A stretch of DNA of 64,000 nt from Candidatus Woesebacteria bacterium (GCA_016432365.1 CP066686.1:346906-410905); one strand, 5' to 3'. Shown: positions 49,543-59,836, numbered from the stretch's first letter. Notes: generated from the sequence alone by a model not told the origin. Translations and numbers: made by a program.

Positions 49543-50007
49543 ATGAATAAAAATCTAAAACTTACAAAGCAAGGACTCGAGACTCTGAAAAAAGAGTTTA
49601 CTGAACTTGTGGAAGTAAAACGCCCCAAACTTGTGGACAGGCTTTCTAATGCCAGATCTCAAGGGGATCTATCCGAAAACTCCGATTATCAGTCAGCCAA
49701 AGAGGAACTTGAATTCCTTGATGGCAGAATTGACGAACTTGATGAGGTGCTTAAAAATGCTACAGTTGTTGCCGCAGACGGAAAAAGCAATTCGGGAGTT
49801 GGCATTGGTACTAAAGTTACAGTTAAAGTTAACGGCAAAGAAATTGTATTTGATATAGTGGGTGAATGGGAGGCAGATCCAGTTAACAAAAAAATTTCTC
49901 ACGATTCACCACTTGGTGTGGCGCTTCTTGGCAAAAATGCAGGAGATAAAGCCGAAGTAGACGCTCCAGCCGGAAAAATTCAGTACGAGATTCTCTCGGT
50001 TGAATAA
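49543..50007 (+). CDS. greA: Transcription elongation factor GreA
   Basis: N-terminal coiled-coil with acidic tip (DLSENSDYQSAKEE), C-terminal FKBP-like domain; 154 aa. Confidence 0.85.
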   Translation: MNKNLKLTKQGLETLKKEFTELVEVKRPKLVDRLSNARSQGDLSENSDYQSAKEELEFLDGRIDELDEVLKNATVVAADGKSNSGVGIGTKVTVKVNGKEIVFDIVGEWEADPVNKKISHDSPLGVALLGKNAGDKAEVDAPAGKIQYEILSVE

Positions 50008-50037
50008 AAGTTGTCTTCAAGCTAAAATTAGCTTCGT

Positions 50038-51642
50038 ATGCACTGGGCAGACAAAGTAGCACAAGATATAATCGCTTCGAACAAATTTAAACCTTATTGG
50101 GTAGACGACATGAAGACCCCTTCAGGTTTTGCTCACATTGGTTCAATGCTCGGGCCGGTTATCCATAGCGCCGTTTATCGTGCGCTCAAGGACGCTCAGG
50201 TTGATGCAACTCTTACTTATGTTTTTAATGACTTTGATACAGCCGACGAGTTCCCTGCTCAGTTTAAAGAACTTTTGACCGGTAACGAAGGAAAAGTTCT
50301 TAAAATGGTGCCCTCGCCGGATCCCGCTTACGAAAATTTTGCAGATTACATTGCCGACGATCTTAAAAAGTCTATTGAGTATTTAGGGTTTGAGGCGAGA
50401 TATATTTCTTCTTGGGAACTTTACCATCAAGGAAAATTTGATGAGGTTATCAAAATGGCTCTGGATAATGCCGAAAAAATTCAGGATATTTACGAAAGAA
50501 TCTCCGGCAGTAAAAAGAAAGAATCCGGTTGGCTCCCATTTCAGGTAATATGTCCCAATTGTGGAAAATTAGGAACTACAAAAGTTTTTGCATGGGATGG
50601 AAAAGAAGTTTCCTATAAGTGTGAAGAAAATCTTGTGACCTGGGCAAAAGGATGTGGACATGAGGGGAAAATGTCTCCGTTTGGCGGAGCAGGAAAGCTG
50701 CCATGGAAGGTTGACTGGGCAGCCCACTGGAAAGTTATCGGTGTAACAATAGAGGGCGCCGGCAAAGATCATGCATCGGCCGGTGGAAGTTATGATATTG
50801 CAATGGCCATTTGTAAGGAAGTTTTTGGGTATCCCGAGCCTTATAAATTGCCATACGAATTTTTATTAATCGGGGGACACAAAATGTCTTCTTCAAAAGG
50901 AGTAGGACTTAAAGCCCACGATTTAGTTCAAATACTTCCCGCCTCAGTTGCCAGGTTTTTGTTTATTAATAACGATATTAAGTCTCAAGGCAATTTCGAC
51001 CCAAATGGGACAATGGCAATTCCAGACCTTTTTGATAAATATGATGAAGCTTGGGAGGCCTATGATAAGCAAAGCTTGCCATCGAATGGTAAAAATGGCG
51101 ATGAAAAGCTGGGCAGGACTTATGTTTTGTCTCAAATCAAGGAAATCCCCGGCAAGGAAAAAGGATTTTTCGCTCCACGCTTCCGTGACATTGCGAATTA
51201 TTTGTCACAAGGCCTTTCCGAAAAAGAAGTTTTGGAAAAAATGGAAAAAACAAAAGGCGGAAAAATTGACGAAAGTGAAATGGAAATTCTCGAAGAAAGA
51301 ATTAAGTATGCAAAAGTTTGGCTGCAAGATTACGCTCCTAACGAATACAGATTCGAAATGACAGAAGAAGTTCCTGAAGCGGCCAAAAAATTGTCAGATG
51401 AACAAAAGAAATACCTAACTGCAGTTGTAAAACTTTTTGATAACGAAGTTACTGCAGACTCTTTGCAAATTGATCTCTATGAACTTTCAAAACAAATGGG
51501 CCTAGCCCCCAAGGACGCGTTTTCTGCAATTTATACTGTTTTTATAGACAAAACTCACGGCCCCAGGGCCGGCATGCTTTTAACCAATTTTGGAAAAGAG
51601 AAAGTGGTTGAAAGAATTAGCAACTTATCAAAGTTAGATTGA
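50038..51642 (+). CDS. lysK: Lysyl-tRNA synthetase, class I (archaeal LysK-type)
   Basis: N-terminus MHWADKVAQDII typical of class-I LysRS, HIGS (HIGH) motif, Zn-ribbon CPNCG...C, KMSSSKG (KMSKS) motif; 534 aa. Confidence 0.8.
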   Translation: MHWADKVAQDIIASNKFKPYWVDDMKTPSGFAHIGSMLGPVIHSAVYRALKDAQVDATLTYVFNDFDTADEFPAQFKELLTGNEGKVLKMVPSPDPAYENFADYIADDLKKSIEYLGFEARYISSWELYHQGKFDEVIKMALDNAEKIQDIYERISGSKKKESGWLPFQVICPNCGKLGTTKVFAWDGKEVSYKCEENLVTWAKGCGHEGKMSPFGGAGKLPWKVDWAAHWKVIGVTIEGAGKDHASAGGSYDIAMAICKEVFGYPEPYKLPYEFLLIGGHKMSSSKGVGLKAHDLVQILPASVARFLFINNDIKSQGNFDPNGTMAIPDLFDKYDEAWEAYDKQSLPSNGKNGDEKLGRTYVLSQIKEIPGKEKGFFAPRFRDIANYLSQGLSEKEVLEKMEKTKGGKIDESEMEILEERIKYAKVWLQDYAPNEYRFEMTEEVPEAAKKLSDEQKKYLTAVVKLFDNEVTADSLQIDLYELSKQMGLAPKDAFSAIYTVFIDKTHGPRAGMLLTNFGKEKVVERISNLSKLD

Positions 51643-51722
51643 ACTGATATATTGACAGCTTATCAAAGTTAATTCGAGCTGATAGAATAACAACTATCTT
51701 AGAAATGAGGTGACAAATTATT

Positions 51723-52034
51723 ATGATGAATGAAGACATGAAGTGGATGAAAATGAAATGGATGCACAAAAATGTCATGACTGATTTTTTGATGTCTATT
51801 TCGTTTTCAGTTTTTGGAATGCTTCTTATTTTCGGGCTTGGTTTTGTCTTCCCTACAATTAATCCTTATGTAGTAATTAAATGGATTATTATAGTTGCAG
51901 GGGTAGTCTTTGCACTTTCATTTCTTAAATACCTTGTTTATATGGGTATGAAGATGAAAATGATGAAGATGATGAACACGGAGTCTCGTGATGAGGTAAA
52001 GGTTGTTAAAGCGAAAAAGACTTCCAAGAAATGA
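51723..52034 (+). CDS. small Met/Lys-rich membrane protein (103 aa)
   Basis: two TM helices flanked by MKWMKMKWM and MKMKMMKMM tracts. Confidence 0.3.
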   Translation: MMNEDMKWMKMKWMHKNVMTDFLMSISFSVFGMLLIFGLGFVFPTINPYVVIKWIIIVAGVVFALSFLKYLVYMGMKMKMMKMMNTESRDEVKVVKAKKTSKK

Positions 52035-52591
52035 CTAAAGAAAAAGCTTTAGAATTATTGCATTCAAAAATGCAATCGCAGAATCTGCGCAAACACTGTT
52101 ATAGTGTTGGCGCAGTTATGCGTTCGTTAGCAAAACATTTTAACGAGGATGAAAATCGCTATGAAATAGTTGGGCTTCTTCATGATGGAGATTATGAATT
52201 TACTAAAGATGATCCCGGTAATCATGCTAAACTTATGGCAAATTGGGCCAGGGAAAACGGTGAAACCGACGAAGAACTTCTTACAGGTATTGAATCACAC
52301 GGTTGGTTTCATCAAGGTAAAAAACCGGAAACCAAAATGCAGTGGGCTCTTTTTTGCTGCGACGAACTAACAGGTTTAATAATTGCAGTAACTTTAATCC
52401 GTCCGGATCGTAAACTCGCGACTGTCACTGTTGATAACATATTAAGTAAGTGGAATCAAAAAAGTTTTGCAGCTGGGGTCAAAAGGGAAGATATAGAAAA
52501 CTGCGAAAAAGAGCTTGGAATTACTTTAAAAGATTTTATTCAAATCGCTCTAACCGCAATGCAGGGAATTTCGGAAGAATTAGGATTATAA
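52031..52591 (+). CDS. HD-domain phosphohydrolase
   Basis: H...HD metal-binding motif (GLLHDGDYE). Confidence 0.5.
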   Translation: MTKEKALELLHSKMQSQNLRKHCYSVGAVMRSLAKHFNEDENRYEIVGLLHDGDYEFTKDDPGNHAKLMANWARENGETDEELLTGIESHGWFHQGKKPETKMQWALFCCDELTGLIIAVTLIRPDRKLATVTVDNILSKWNQKSFAAGVKREDIENCEKELGITLKDFIQIALTAMQGISEELGL

Positions 52592-52649
52592 TACCGATAC
52601 GGTATCAGATTAGTTTTGCGAAACCATATTTTCTGAAAAGTCGGAGCTA

Positions 52650-53192
52650 TTAAATTTGTCTCTCTCTTCCTTTAGTTGAAGCCCTACCACCCTGCCACTG
52701 TCCGCGATACGAGTGAACCGGATTTCCTTTTATTTCGTGGAAGTACACGGAAACATATCTTGCTCCCATTTCAATTTCTACATCTACTGGTCCCTCGTTA
52801 ATTACTCCAAAATAAAGTGGGCCGTGATAGCCGGGATTTCCGATTCCGGTTCTAACAACAAGACCTGATCTAAAAGTTGTAGTTCTGGGTTTAAATACCG
52901 CCGCAATATTATCCGGCAAATTAACTTCTTCAATTGTTTTAGTCAAATAATATTTTCCCGGTTTAAATATAAAAGTAGATTTCTTCTTTGGATCAAACGA
53001 GACTTTTTCAACCAAATTTGGAGTTTCCCTTTCATCAATTCCCAAAAAAGCTTTACCTTTAAGCGAGTAAACTTTTTCAATTCTCAGATCCAAAACGCAC
53101 CCTTCGGGATCTTTCATTTCCCTCTCGGCAAGGTTTGTAACAAGATTAATTTTTTTTATTAATTTTTTGAGTTCGCTATGTCCAAGAATCAT
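52650..53192 (-). CDS. dcd: dCTP deaminase / dUTPase-family protein
   Basis: alignment-by-eye to Dcd: VLDLRI, KPGKYYLTKTIEEVNLP, GNPGYHGPLYFGVINEG. Confidence 0.6.
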   Translation of the reverse strand: MILGHSELKKLIKKINLVTNLAEREMKDPEGCVLDLRIEKVYSLKGKAFLGIDERETPNLVEKVSFDPKKKSTFIFKPGKYYLTKTIEEVNLPDNIAAVFKPRTTTFRSGLVVRTGIGNPGYHGPLYFGVINEGPVDVEIEMGARYVSVYFHEIKGNPVHSYRGQWQGGRASTKGRERQI

Positions 53193-53213
53193 TTAACGAT
53201 TATATATCAACTT

Positions 53214-53900
53214 TTACCTTCTTTTTTCTGTCCAAACGTTTTGCCACCACTCAGATGGGTTTTGTTTCTCAATTTCTTTGGCCAAAATTTTGGCTGATTT
53301 TGAATAAAGAAGCCGGTAATGCGAATTTCCTTTTCTTCCACCGCTTTTTTTCCATCTTGCGGCTTCTTGGTTGCCAGTCATTGCGTATTCGTTAATCAGT
53401 AAAATTTGATCTAGGAGATCGGCGTCTTTTGCTATTTTTGATTCTTTTGTAAGGCGTTCCCCGTATTCATTTATAGTCTCTCTCAACTCATTTTCCGCCG
53501 GAAGTTTGTCCATTTGATCGTTGATAATTTCCTGTTCATAAACTTTTACATATTTTTTGTGTACCCAATTCTGGTCGTTGCTTCTTACTTCAGTTATGTC
53601 ATGAGACAGACACATTAAAAGAACCTTATCGGCGTCAACTTTTTCCATTTTGGCCAGTAAATATCCTATCCAAGCAACCCTAAAGCTATGAGAGGCAATA
53701 TTATCGCTCATATCATCCGTTAAAAGGCTTTGCCTATGGGCCCTGGCAATTTTTCTCATCGATCCGACCTCATATAGAAATGATGCGGTTTTTTTAATCT
53801 GACTGGGTTTTACCATTCCGGTAGTATCTTTTACCATTAAGTTTATCGGGAAGCAAGGACTCTTTTGTATATTTGTCATACCCTTTTCCGTATCCGACAT
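53214..53900 (-). CDS. HD-domain 5'-deoxynucleotidase-like protein (YfbR-like); start is probably internal
   Basis: HSFRVAW...LSHDITE HD motif. Confidence 0.55.
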   Translation of the reverse strand: MSDTEKGMTNIQKSPCFPINLMVKDTTGMVKPSQIKKTASFLYEVGSMRKIARAHRQSLLTDDMSDNIASHSFRVAWIGYLLAKMEKVDADKVLLMCLSHDITEVRSNDQNWVHKKYVKVYEQEIINDQMDKLPAENELRETINEYGERLTKESKIAKDADLLDQILLINEYAMTGNQEAARWKKSGGRKGNSHYRLLYSKSAKILAKEIEKQNPSEWWQNVWTEKRR

Positions 53901-55008
53901 CTTTCATTAACTTTGTAACAGGATTTCTGATTTTTAATGGGACCGGAAGGTTGCCGAATTTGTTAACATCAGCTAGCGCTTCCATATATGCGTTATAGGC
54001 AGATCTGTCTTTCTTCGCTTCGCTCAGATAAACAACACCTGCCGCTAAATTTTCCTGACACTCAGGGTAACCTATCGTATTGCATGCCGCAAAAACCGCA
54101 TTGGCAACTACAAGTGCGGTTGGGCTAGCGACGTCCTCTGATGCAAACACGACCATCCTCCTGGCAATATAGAGCGGGTCTTGTCCCGCCGCAACCATTC
54201 TGGCCAAGTAATAAAGAGCTGCATCTGTGTCACTTGCTCGCATAGATTTAATAAACGCAGAAATTACGTCGTAAAATTGGTCTCCATTTTTATCAAAAGT
54301 ATATTGACGTCTTTGAAGAGCGGTTTCGATGTCTGAGAGTAAAAGAGTAAGCGGAGCTTGGCCAGACGAGGCCCTGGTGGAAGAGCGGGAGAGCTGAGAA
54401 GCAATTTCGATCACATTTAACATCACCCGCGCATCGCCATTTGACGCTTCGAGTAAAAATTTCTCGGCCTTTTTGTTCACTTTCTTTTTAATGTATTTAA
54501 GAGCTCTTGTTAAAATTTTTAGTAAATCTTTTTCTGAAAGCTGAGCCAGAATTAAAACTCTACACCTGGAAAGAAGCGGTCCTATTACTTCAAATGAGGG
54601 ATTTTCGGTTGTAGCGCCAATAAATAAAATCTTGCCCGATTCAACATATGGCAATAGCTTATCTTGTTGGGCTTTATTAAAACGGTGGATTTCGTCTATA
54701 AATATTAAGGGAGATTGAGACGAGTCCTCCTCTACTACTTTTTCGATATCTTTTATTTTTGCATTAACGGCTGAAAACTCGTAAAAATCTCTTTTTAATG
54801 TGTTGGCAATAATACGGGCAAGAGTGGTCTTACCTGTACCGGGAGGACCCCAGAATATTAATGACGGAAACCCAACTTCGCTCTTCGATCTTCGCTGGGC
54901 GAGGAAAAGCTTTGAAATTATCCCGTTTGGCCCAACCAGGTTTTCCTGCCCAACAAAATCTTTTAAAGTTTTAGGTCTTAGAAGTTCCGGAAGTGGAATG
55001 TTTGACAT
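53794..55008 (-). CDS. rarA: Replication-associated recombination protein A (RarA/MgsA AAA+ ATPase)
   Basis: Walker [12 protein letters not shown], Walker [15 protein letters not shown], MgsA C-terminal domain. Confidence 0.85.
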   Translation of the reverse strand: MSNIPLPELLRPKTLKDFVGQENLVGPNGIISKLFLAQRRSKSEVGFPSLIFWGPPGTGKTTLARIIANTLKRDFYEFSAVNAKIKDIEKVVEEDSSQSPLIFIDEIHRFNKAQQDKLLPYVESGKILFIGATTENPSFEVIGPLLSRCRVLILAQLSEKDLLKILTRALKYIKKKVNKKAEKFLLEASNGDARVMLNVIEIASQLSRSSTRASSGQAPLTLLLSDIETALQRRQYTFDKNGDQFYDVISAFIKSMRASDTDAALYYLARMVAAGQDPLYIARRMVVFASEDVASPTALVVANAVFAACNTIGYPECQENLAAGVVYLSEAKKDRSAYNAYMEALADVNKFGNLPVPLKIRNPVTKLMKDVGYGKGYDKYTKESLLPDKLNGKRYYRNGKTQSD

Positions 55009-55083
55009 ATAAAGATTTTATCCATAATAAACCCGAAAAACAACCCCCCATATTTTGAGACGATTTAGGGATATAATATTTGT

Positions 55084-56904
55084 ATGAAAGGAATTAAAAG
55101 CGGAATAGCTTCATTTAAAGAAATTTTATTCAATCTTAAACGAATGCTTGCCTTGTCCTGGCAAACAGACAAGTTTTTAACCGTCGGTTACTACGGTTCT
55201 TCCGGACTCGCGGCGATTTTTCCGATAATTGCGAGTTATATTTTTAAACTGTTTATTGATAACACAATTGCCAATTTGGGTATAAAACCAACGGTCCCTC
55301 TGATTTTAGTGGCAATTTTAGCCGCCAGATATATTTCCAGCTGGATATGGGACGTAATTTCTTGGGTATTTAAAGAAACTTATTTTGATTATTTGGTACG
55401 GTACAAACTTCAAAATAAATTCAACAATTTGTTCTGCAACAAGATTTCTCACTTGGATATTCAACATTTGGAGAATTCAGAAACTCAGGATCTTATCAAT
55501 AAAGCAAAAGATACTATGACGTGGAGACCCCCTGATTTTTTGAGGGCGTTTTCGTACCTTTTTACAAACTTGGTTGCACTTGTTTCATCCTTTTTACTTT
55601 TGGGTCAATATAACTGGTATTTACCATTTATTATTCTTCTTTTCGGTTTACCGAGGCTTTACCTGAGGGCGAAAATGGGCTCGATTCAGTGGTCTGTTTG
55701 GGGAAGCAGTACTCCGGAATCCCGCAAAATGTGGTATTTACAGTCACTTCTTACACAGAAGAATGCGATTATAGAGTCAAAAATTTTCCAATCAACAGAC
55801 TCATTAATTAAGAAAAGTATAGATATTCAAACCGATCTTTATGAAAAGAATAAAAAACCTGTCCAGAGTTTTATTAAAGTCGGTTCCATACCGCAGTTTT
55901 TTGAAATGTTTGTTGTATTTGGTTTTGCATTGGCACGTTTACCGTTGGTACTAAACGGGCAAATGTCTGTTGGAGATTTCTCGTTTTTTATCGACATGTT
56001 GGACAGGGTTTTAAATTCTGTGGCAGGAACTGTGGGCAATCTAGGTTGGATGTACGAAAACAACTTATACGTAAATCATTTTTTTGAAGTCATGAATTTG
56101 CCTAAAATTGTTCAGGAGCCGGCGAATCCAATTGCTATTGACCCATCGGTCAATCCACCGGAAATTGAATTTAAAAATGTCTCTTTCGCATACCCAAATT
56201 CTAAAAAGAGAGTTTTGAAGAATTTAAACTTTAAAATTAAATCGGGAGAAAATGTTGCTCTGGTTGGGAAAAACGGTGCCGGTAAAACTACAATAGTGAA
56301 ACTTTTGTGCAGATTTTACGATGTAACCGGGGGAGAAATACTTATTAACGGGATCAATATAAAAGATGTAGATTTAAAAGACTGGTATCGGTATTTAGGT
56401 ACGCTTTTCCAGGAATTTATTAAATATGATTTTACAGTTAAGGAAAACATTACTTTAGGAAAAACTGAAAATTTCGATCAGGAAAAAATGATTTTTGCTG
56501 CCAAGCAAAGCGGGGCAGATAAATTTATCAATGAACTTCCCAAGAAATATGATCAGATATTAGGTAAACAATTTGAAGGAGGTAAAGAGCTTTCAATAGG
56601 TCAGTGGCAAAAAATCGCAATTGCAAGAGCCTTTTACGAAGGTGCTCCGATTTTGATTTTGGACGAACCAACAAGTGCAATTGACGCCGAAACCGAATAT
56701 TCGATTTTTAAAAATCTTGACAGGGAGTATAAAAATAAAAGTTTACTTTTGATTTCCCACAGGTTTTCTACAGTCAGAAATGCCGACAGAATATTGGTAA
56801 TCGATAATGGAGAAATAATTGAAGAGGGAACCCACGAAAAATTAATTGCCAAAAAAGGAGAATATTCCACAATGTTTAACAAACAGGCGATTGGATACAA
56901 ATAA
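55084..56904 (+). CDS. ABC exporter, fused permease and ATPase (MsbA/lipid-A-exporter-like)
   Basis: six N-terminal TM helices, Walker A GKNGAGKTT, signature LSIGQWQKIAIARAF, Walker B ILDEPTSAID. Confidence 0.85.
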   Translation: MKGIKSGIASFKEILFNLKRMLALSWQTDKFLTVGYYGSSGLAAIFPIIASYIFKLFIDNTIANLGIKPTVPLILVAILAARYISSWIWDVISWVFKETYFDYLVRYKLQNKFNNLFCNKISHLDIQHLENSETQDLINKAKDTMTWRPPDFLRAFSYLFTNLVALVSSFLLLGQYNWYLPFIILLFGLPRLYLRAKMGSIQWSVWGSSTPESRKMWYLQSLLTQKNAIIESKIFQSTDSLIKKSIDIQTDLYEKNKKPVQSFIKVGSIPQFFEMFVVFGFALARLPLVLNGQMSVGDFSFFIDMLDRVLNSVAGTVGNLGWMYENNLYVNHFFEVMNLPKIVQEPANPIAIDPSVNPPEIEFKNVSFAYPNSKKRVLKNLNFKIKSGENVALVGKNGAGKTTIVKLLCRFYDVTGGEILINGINIKDVDLKDWYRYLGTLFQEFIKYDFTVKENITLGKTENFDQEKMIFAAKQSGADKFINELPKKYDQILGKQFEGGKELSIGQWQKIAIARAFYEGAPILILDEPTSAIDAETEYSIFKNLDREYKNKSLLLISHRFSTVRNADRILVIDNGEIIEEGTHEKLIAKKGEYSTMFNKQAIGYK

Positions 56905-57547
56905 CTCCATGTTTGGAACGAAAATTCTTGAAGAAAAAAAGTCTAAATTTAACGGAGATATTCGTGTTGTTAAAACCTGGGGGATGGGAACTTATATTCA
57001 AGCGAATGGGCTGACTCAGTCTGGGGGGATCGTCGAAAGTATTTGGAAACAAACTTTAAAAAAAGCGAAAAGCGATAAGCAAAGCTTGCCATCAGATGGT
57101 AAGCTAAAAGTGAAGAGCGTGCTAATACTCGGACTTGGAGGAGGTACTGTGGCAAAGATAGTTAGAAAAAACTGGCCCGAGGCAAAAATTACAGGAATAG
57201 ATATCGATCCTCTAATAGTGGAACTTGGTAATAAGTATATGGGTTTACAAAAACATAACGTTAAGACCATTATCTCCGACGCCTCTAATCTGCCTAGTCA
57301 AAAATTCGATTTAATAATTATTGATCTTTATAACGGCGACAAATTTCCCGAGAAGTTTGAAAAAGATAATTATTTAAAACTTGTAGGGCGCCATCTTACA
57401 GATAATGGTATTGCGGTGTTTAACAGACTTTATTACAAAGAGAAAAATATCGAGGCGGAGGAGTTTGGAAAAAAACTTAAGAAAATATTTAAAAACGTTG
57501 AACCATTCCGACCGGTTTCAAATATGATGTATATATGCACCAACTAA
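56846..57547 (+). CDS. spermidine-synthase-like SAM-dependent methyltransferase fold protein; likely start about 56909
   Basis: VLILGLGGGTVA SAM-binding motif I, DLIIIDLY motif; overlaps the ABC gene end. Confidence 0.5.
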   Translation: MPKKENIPQCLTNRRLDTNNSMFGTKILEEKKSKFNGDIRVVKTWGMGTYIQANGLTQSGGIVESIWKQTLKKAKSDKQSLPSDGKLKVKSVLILGLGGGTVAKIVRKNWPEAKITGIDIDPLIVELGNKYMGLQKHNVKTIISDASNLPSQKFDLIIIDLYNGDKFPEKFEKDNYLKLVGRHLTDNGIAVFNRLYYKEKNIEAEEFGKKLKKIFKNVEPFRPVSNMMYICTN

Positions 57548-58986
57548 TCTTTGGTCCGGCTTTATTCTTCGCCAGTCAGGCGCTGTTTTACGATTTGCCT
57601 GAATATTTAAATATTGTTTCAAATAACTCATTTCTCCAAGTCTTTTCTCTCGGTCACTTTCCTATTCACCCAATATTCATGGGAATTCTTTGGATTTTGA
57701 CAAGGTTCCTCCCTGTCAACGCAATTGCAATGGTTTTTGGAGCAATATCGATTATCATTTTTCATAAAATTGCCAAGTTGATATTTAAAAATGGTTCATA
57801 TTGGTTATCGACGGTTATCTTTGCGCTCTTTCCGGCAGTTTGGTTAATAAATACAAATTTGATGGTTGAGTCGGTGACTTTAACCCTTTATCTTGCGGGA
57901 CTTTATTTCTTTTTAACGAAAAAAGCGATGCCATTTTTTATCAGTTTATTTTTAATGATCGGAACCCACCTGCAGTCTATTTTTTGGATCCCGGCATTAT
58001 TTCTTGCTCCCTATATTTTTGAGGTAAATTTCAAAAAGGAGGATGTTATCAAATTTATAAAAATTGCTTTGGCCGGAATATCAATGTCCATTGTTTTTTA
58101 CATTCTCTTATATTATTGTTCCGGCAGAATTCCGGGGGGTACAACTGAGCAGCTCGCAACATATTTATCTTCGGGAATATTACGAATGATTAGAAACATT
58201 TGGCTTTCTTTTATCCGTAATTTTGGGACGCTTACACCATTTGTTTTGACATTGGTTTTGGTCAGAAAAATCAAGTCGAAAAAAGTATCAATAGCCTGGA
58301 TAATGTTTCTGGTTCTAGTCGCGATAATGGGTGCCAACTGGCAAGGGGACTTTATGGGTAGGAGAATTATTTTTTCGGGGGTAATTTTAGCACTTGGTCT
58401 TTATAAATATTTACAGAAATGGTCCGTCTTTTTCATTTTGTATTTATTACCGATCGTCGCAGCAAATGTGATTTTGTATTCAAACTCCAGTCCGTTCATA
58501 ACTCCAAATATCCCCAAAGGTCAGGTGTTAATTGAAACGCACTTTCTCAAACCCTTTATAAAATATGATGGTACGACTCTTTGGATTGGCGAAAGTGACC
58601 TTGGTGTTATCGACAATTATTTAAAAAATGGAACAAGAGTATTTTTAACCGAACAAGCTATCACGGCTCCATATTTACTCTTAGTCGGACAAAACTATCA
58701 TATCACTTCATTGGGGAAGGTTGGGGATTCGGAATCAAGATTTCTGTTCAAAAAATACACAGTTGAACAGTATAACGACAGCTTTGAGTTAAAAAGGTTC
58801 AATGGAGTAGTTTCGGCGGAGGCGGGAAGTCCGGTAATTTACTACGATCAAAGCTTTTGGGGGAGACTTGCGAGAAGGAGAATCGACTATGGAGATATAG
58901 GAACTTGGCTTTGGGCATTTGCGGCAAACCATCGCGACCCGACAGGCTGGATTTATAAAGACGCTAGAGGTGTAGTTACCTATTGA
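57535..58986 (+). CDS. polytopic membrane protein, possible GT-C-type glycosyltransferase
   Basis: more than 10 TM helices in the N-terminal two-thirds, soluble C-terminal domain; no firm motif. Confidence 0.35.
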   Translation: MHQLIFGPALFFASQALFYDLPEYLNIVSNNSFLQVFSLGHFPIHPIFMGILWILTRFLPVNAIAMVFGAISIIIFHKIAKLIFKNGSYWLSTVIFALFPAVWLINTNLMVESVTLTLYLAGLYFFLTKKAMPFFISLFLMIGTHLQSIFWIPALFLAPYIFEVNFKKEDVIKFIKIALAGISMSIVFYILLYYCSGRIPGGTTEQLATYLSSGILRMIRNIWLSFIRNFGTLTPFVLTLVLVRKIKSKKVSIAWIMFLVLVAIMGANWQGDFMGRRIIFSGVILALGLYKYLQKWSVFFILYLLPIVAANVILYSNSSPFITPNIPKGQVLIETHFLKPFIKYDGTTLWIGESDLGVIDNYLKNGTRVFLTEQAITAPYLLLVGQNYHITSLGKVGDSESRFLFKKYTVEQYNDSFELKRFNGVVSAEAGSPVIYYDQSFWGRLARRRIDYGDIGTWLWAFAANHRDPTGWIYKDARGVVTY

Positions 58987-59022
58987 CAAGGTATAGTAGT
59001 TAGTGTATATACTACAATTAGT

Positions 59023-59679
59023 ATGAAGGATACAAAGACATTTGCAGTATTGGCCACAGACGTTGCAGTTTTGACTATCGACAATGGTGTTCTTAAAGTC
59101 CTTTTAACCCAGGCGACATCTAAAAACTTTAAGGGAATGTTGACTTTGCCTGGAGGTTTAGTTGGTCATAAAGAACGTACCGAAGAAGCTGCTATAAGAG
59201 TCCTCAAGGAAATAATGATAAAAACGGATTACTATAACGAGCAACTTTATACATTCGACGATCCCGGCAGAGATCCTGAGGGTCGAGTCGTAACAGTTGC
59301 CTATTTAATGTTGGTTCCGGAAGATGAGGCTAAAAGAGTAACTAGAAAAGACGCTTCGTGGCACGCCGTGAAAACTTTACCAAAGTTGGCATATGATCAT
59401 AATGAAGTTGTGAAAGCTGCTGTGAAAAGGCTAATGGGAAAATTGACCTACACTAATATTGTTTACTCTTTGATGCCCTTGGAGTTTACTCTTTCAGATT
59501 TGCAGAAAACCTACGAAACTGCGCTGGAACTAACCCTAGATAAAAGGAATTTTATTAAAAAAATAAAGAGTTTAAATCTTGTTCATAAGACAACCCATAA
59601 GGTTGAGGGTAGTGCACACCGCCCGGCAACCCTTTACAGGTTCAGGGAGCGAAAATATAAGAGGGTTGACTTATTTTAG
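59023..59679 (+). CDS. Nudix-like domain regulator, NrtR-like (paralog of 24154..24813)
   Basis: same architecture and the C-terminal RPATLYRF motif shared with its paralog. Confidence 0.5.
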   Translation: MKDTKTFAVLATDVAVLTIDNGVLKVLLTQATSKNFKGMLTLPGGLVGHKERTEEAAIRVLKEIMIKTDYYNEQLYTFDDPGRDPEGRVVTVAYLMLVPEDEAKRVTRKDASWHAVKTLPKLAYDHNEVVKAAVKRLMGKLTYTNIVYSLMPLEFTLSDLQKTYETALELTLDKRNFIKKIKSLNLVHKTTHKVEGSAHRPATLYRFRERKYKRVDLF

Positions 59680-59822
59680 AAAATACCTATAATACGAAGT
59701 TGATATTTTTAAGCACTTTAGTTAGTGTAAAATATACATTTTCAAGATTGAAATGAAGGTTTTTCAGAAAAACCTCCTGACAATTTTTAATTTGTACTTT
59801 AACAGTTAAAGAGTGTTACTAA

Positions 59823-59836
59823 AGATTCAGAACTGT
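59823..59836. repeat. imperfect direct repeat AGAT-C-GAACTGT flanking the GC-rich cassette (left copy)
   Basis: matches 62036-62051 (AGATCGTCTGAACTGT); followed by palindrome TGTGACGGTCACA at 59838-59850. Confidence 0.3.

Noticed and set aside
51723-52034. Met-rich (MKMKMMKMM) small protein as a copper-binding partner of the P-type ATPase
   Set aside because: It is not adjacent to the ATPase, and the ATPase looks Ca/Mg-type (no CPC motif), so the metal link is unsupported.
58995-59022. GTATATAC palindrome upstream of the second NrtR-like gene as an operator
   Set aside because: Only an 8-bp AT-rich core is palindromic. It is more simply read as a -10-like TATACT element.
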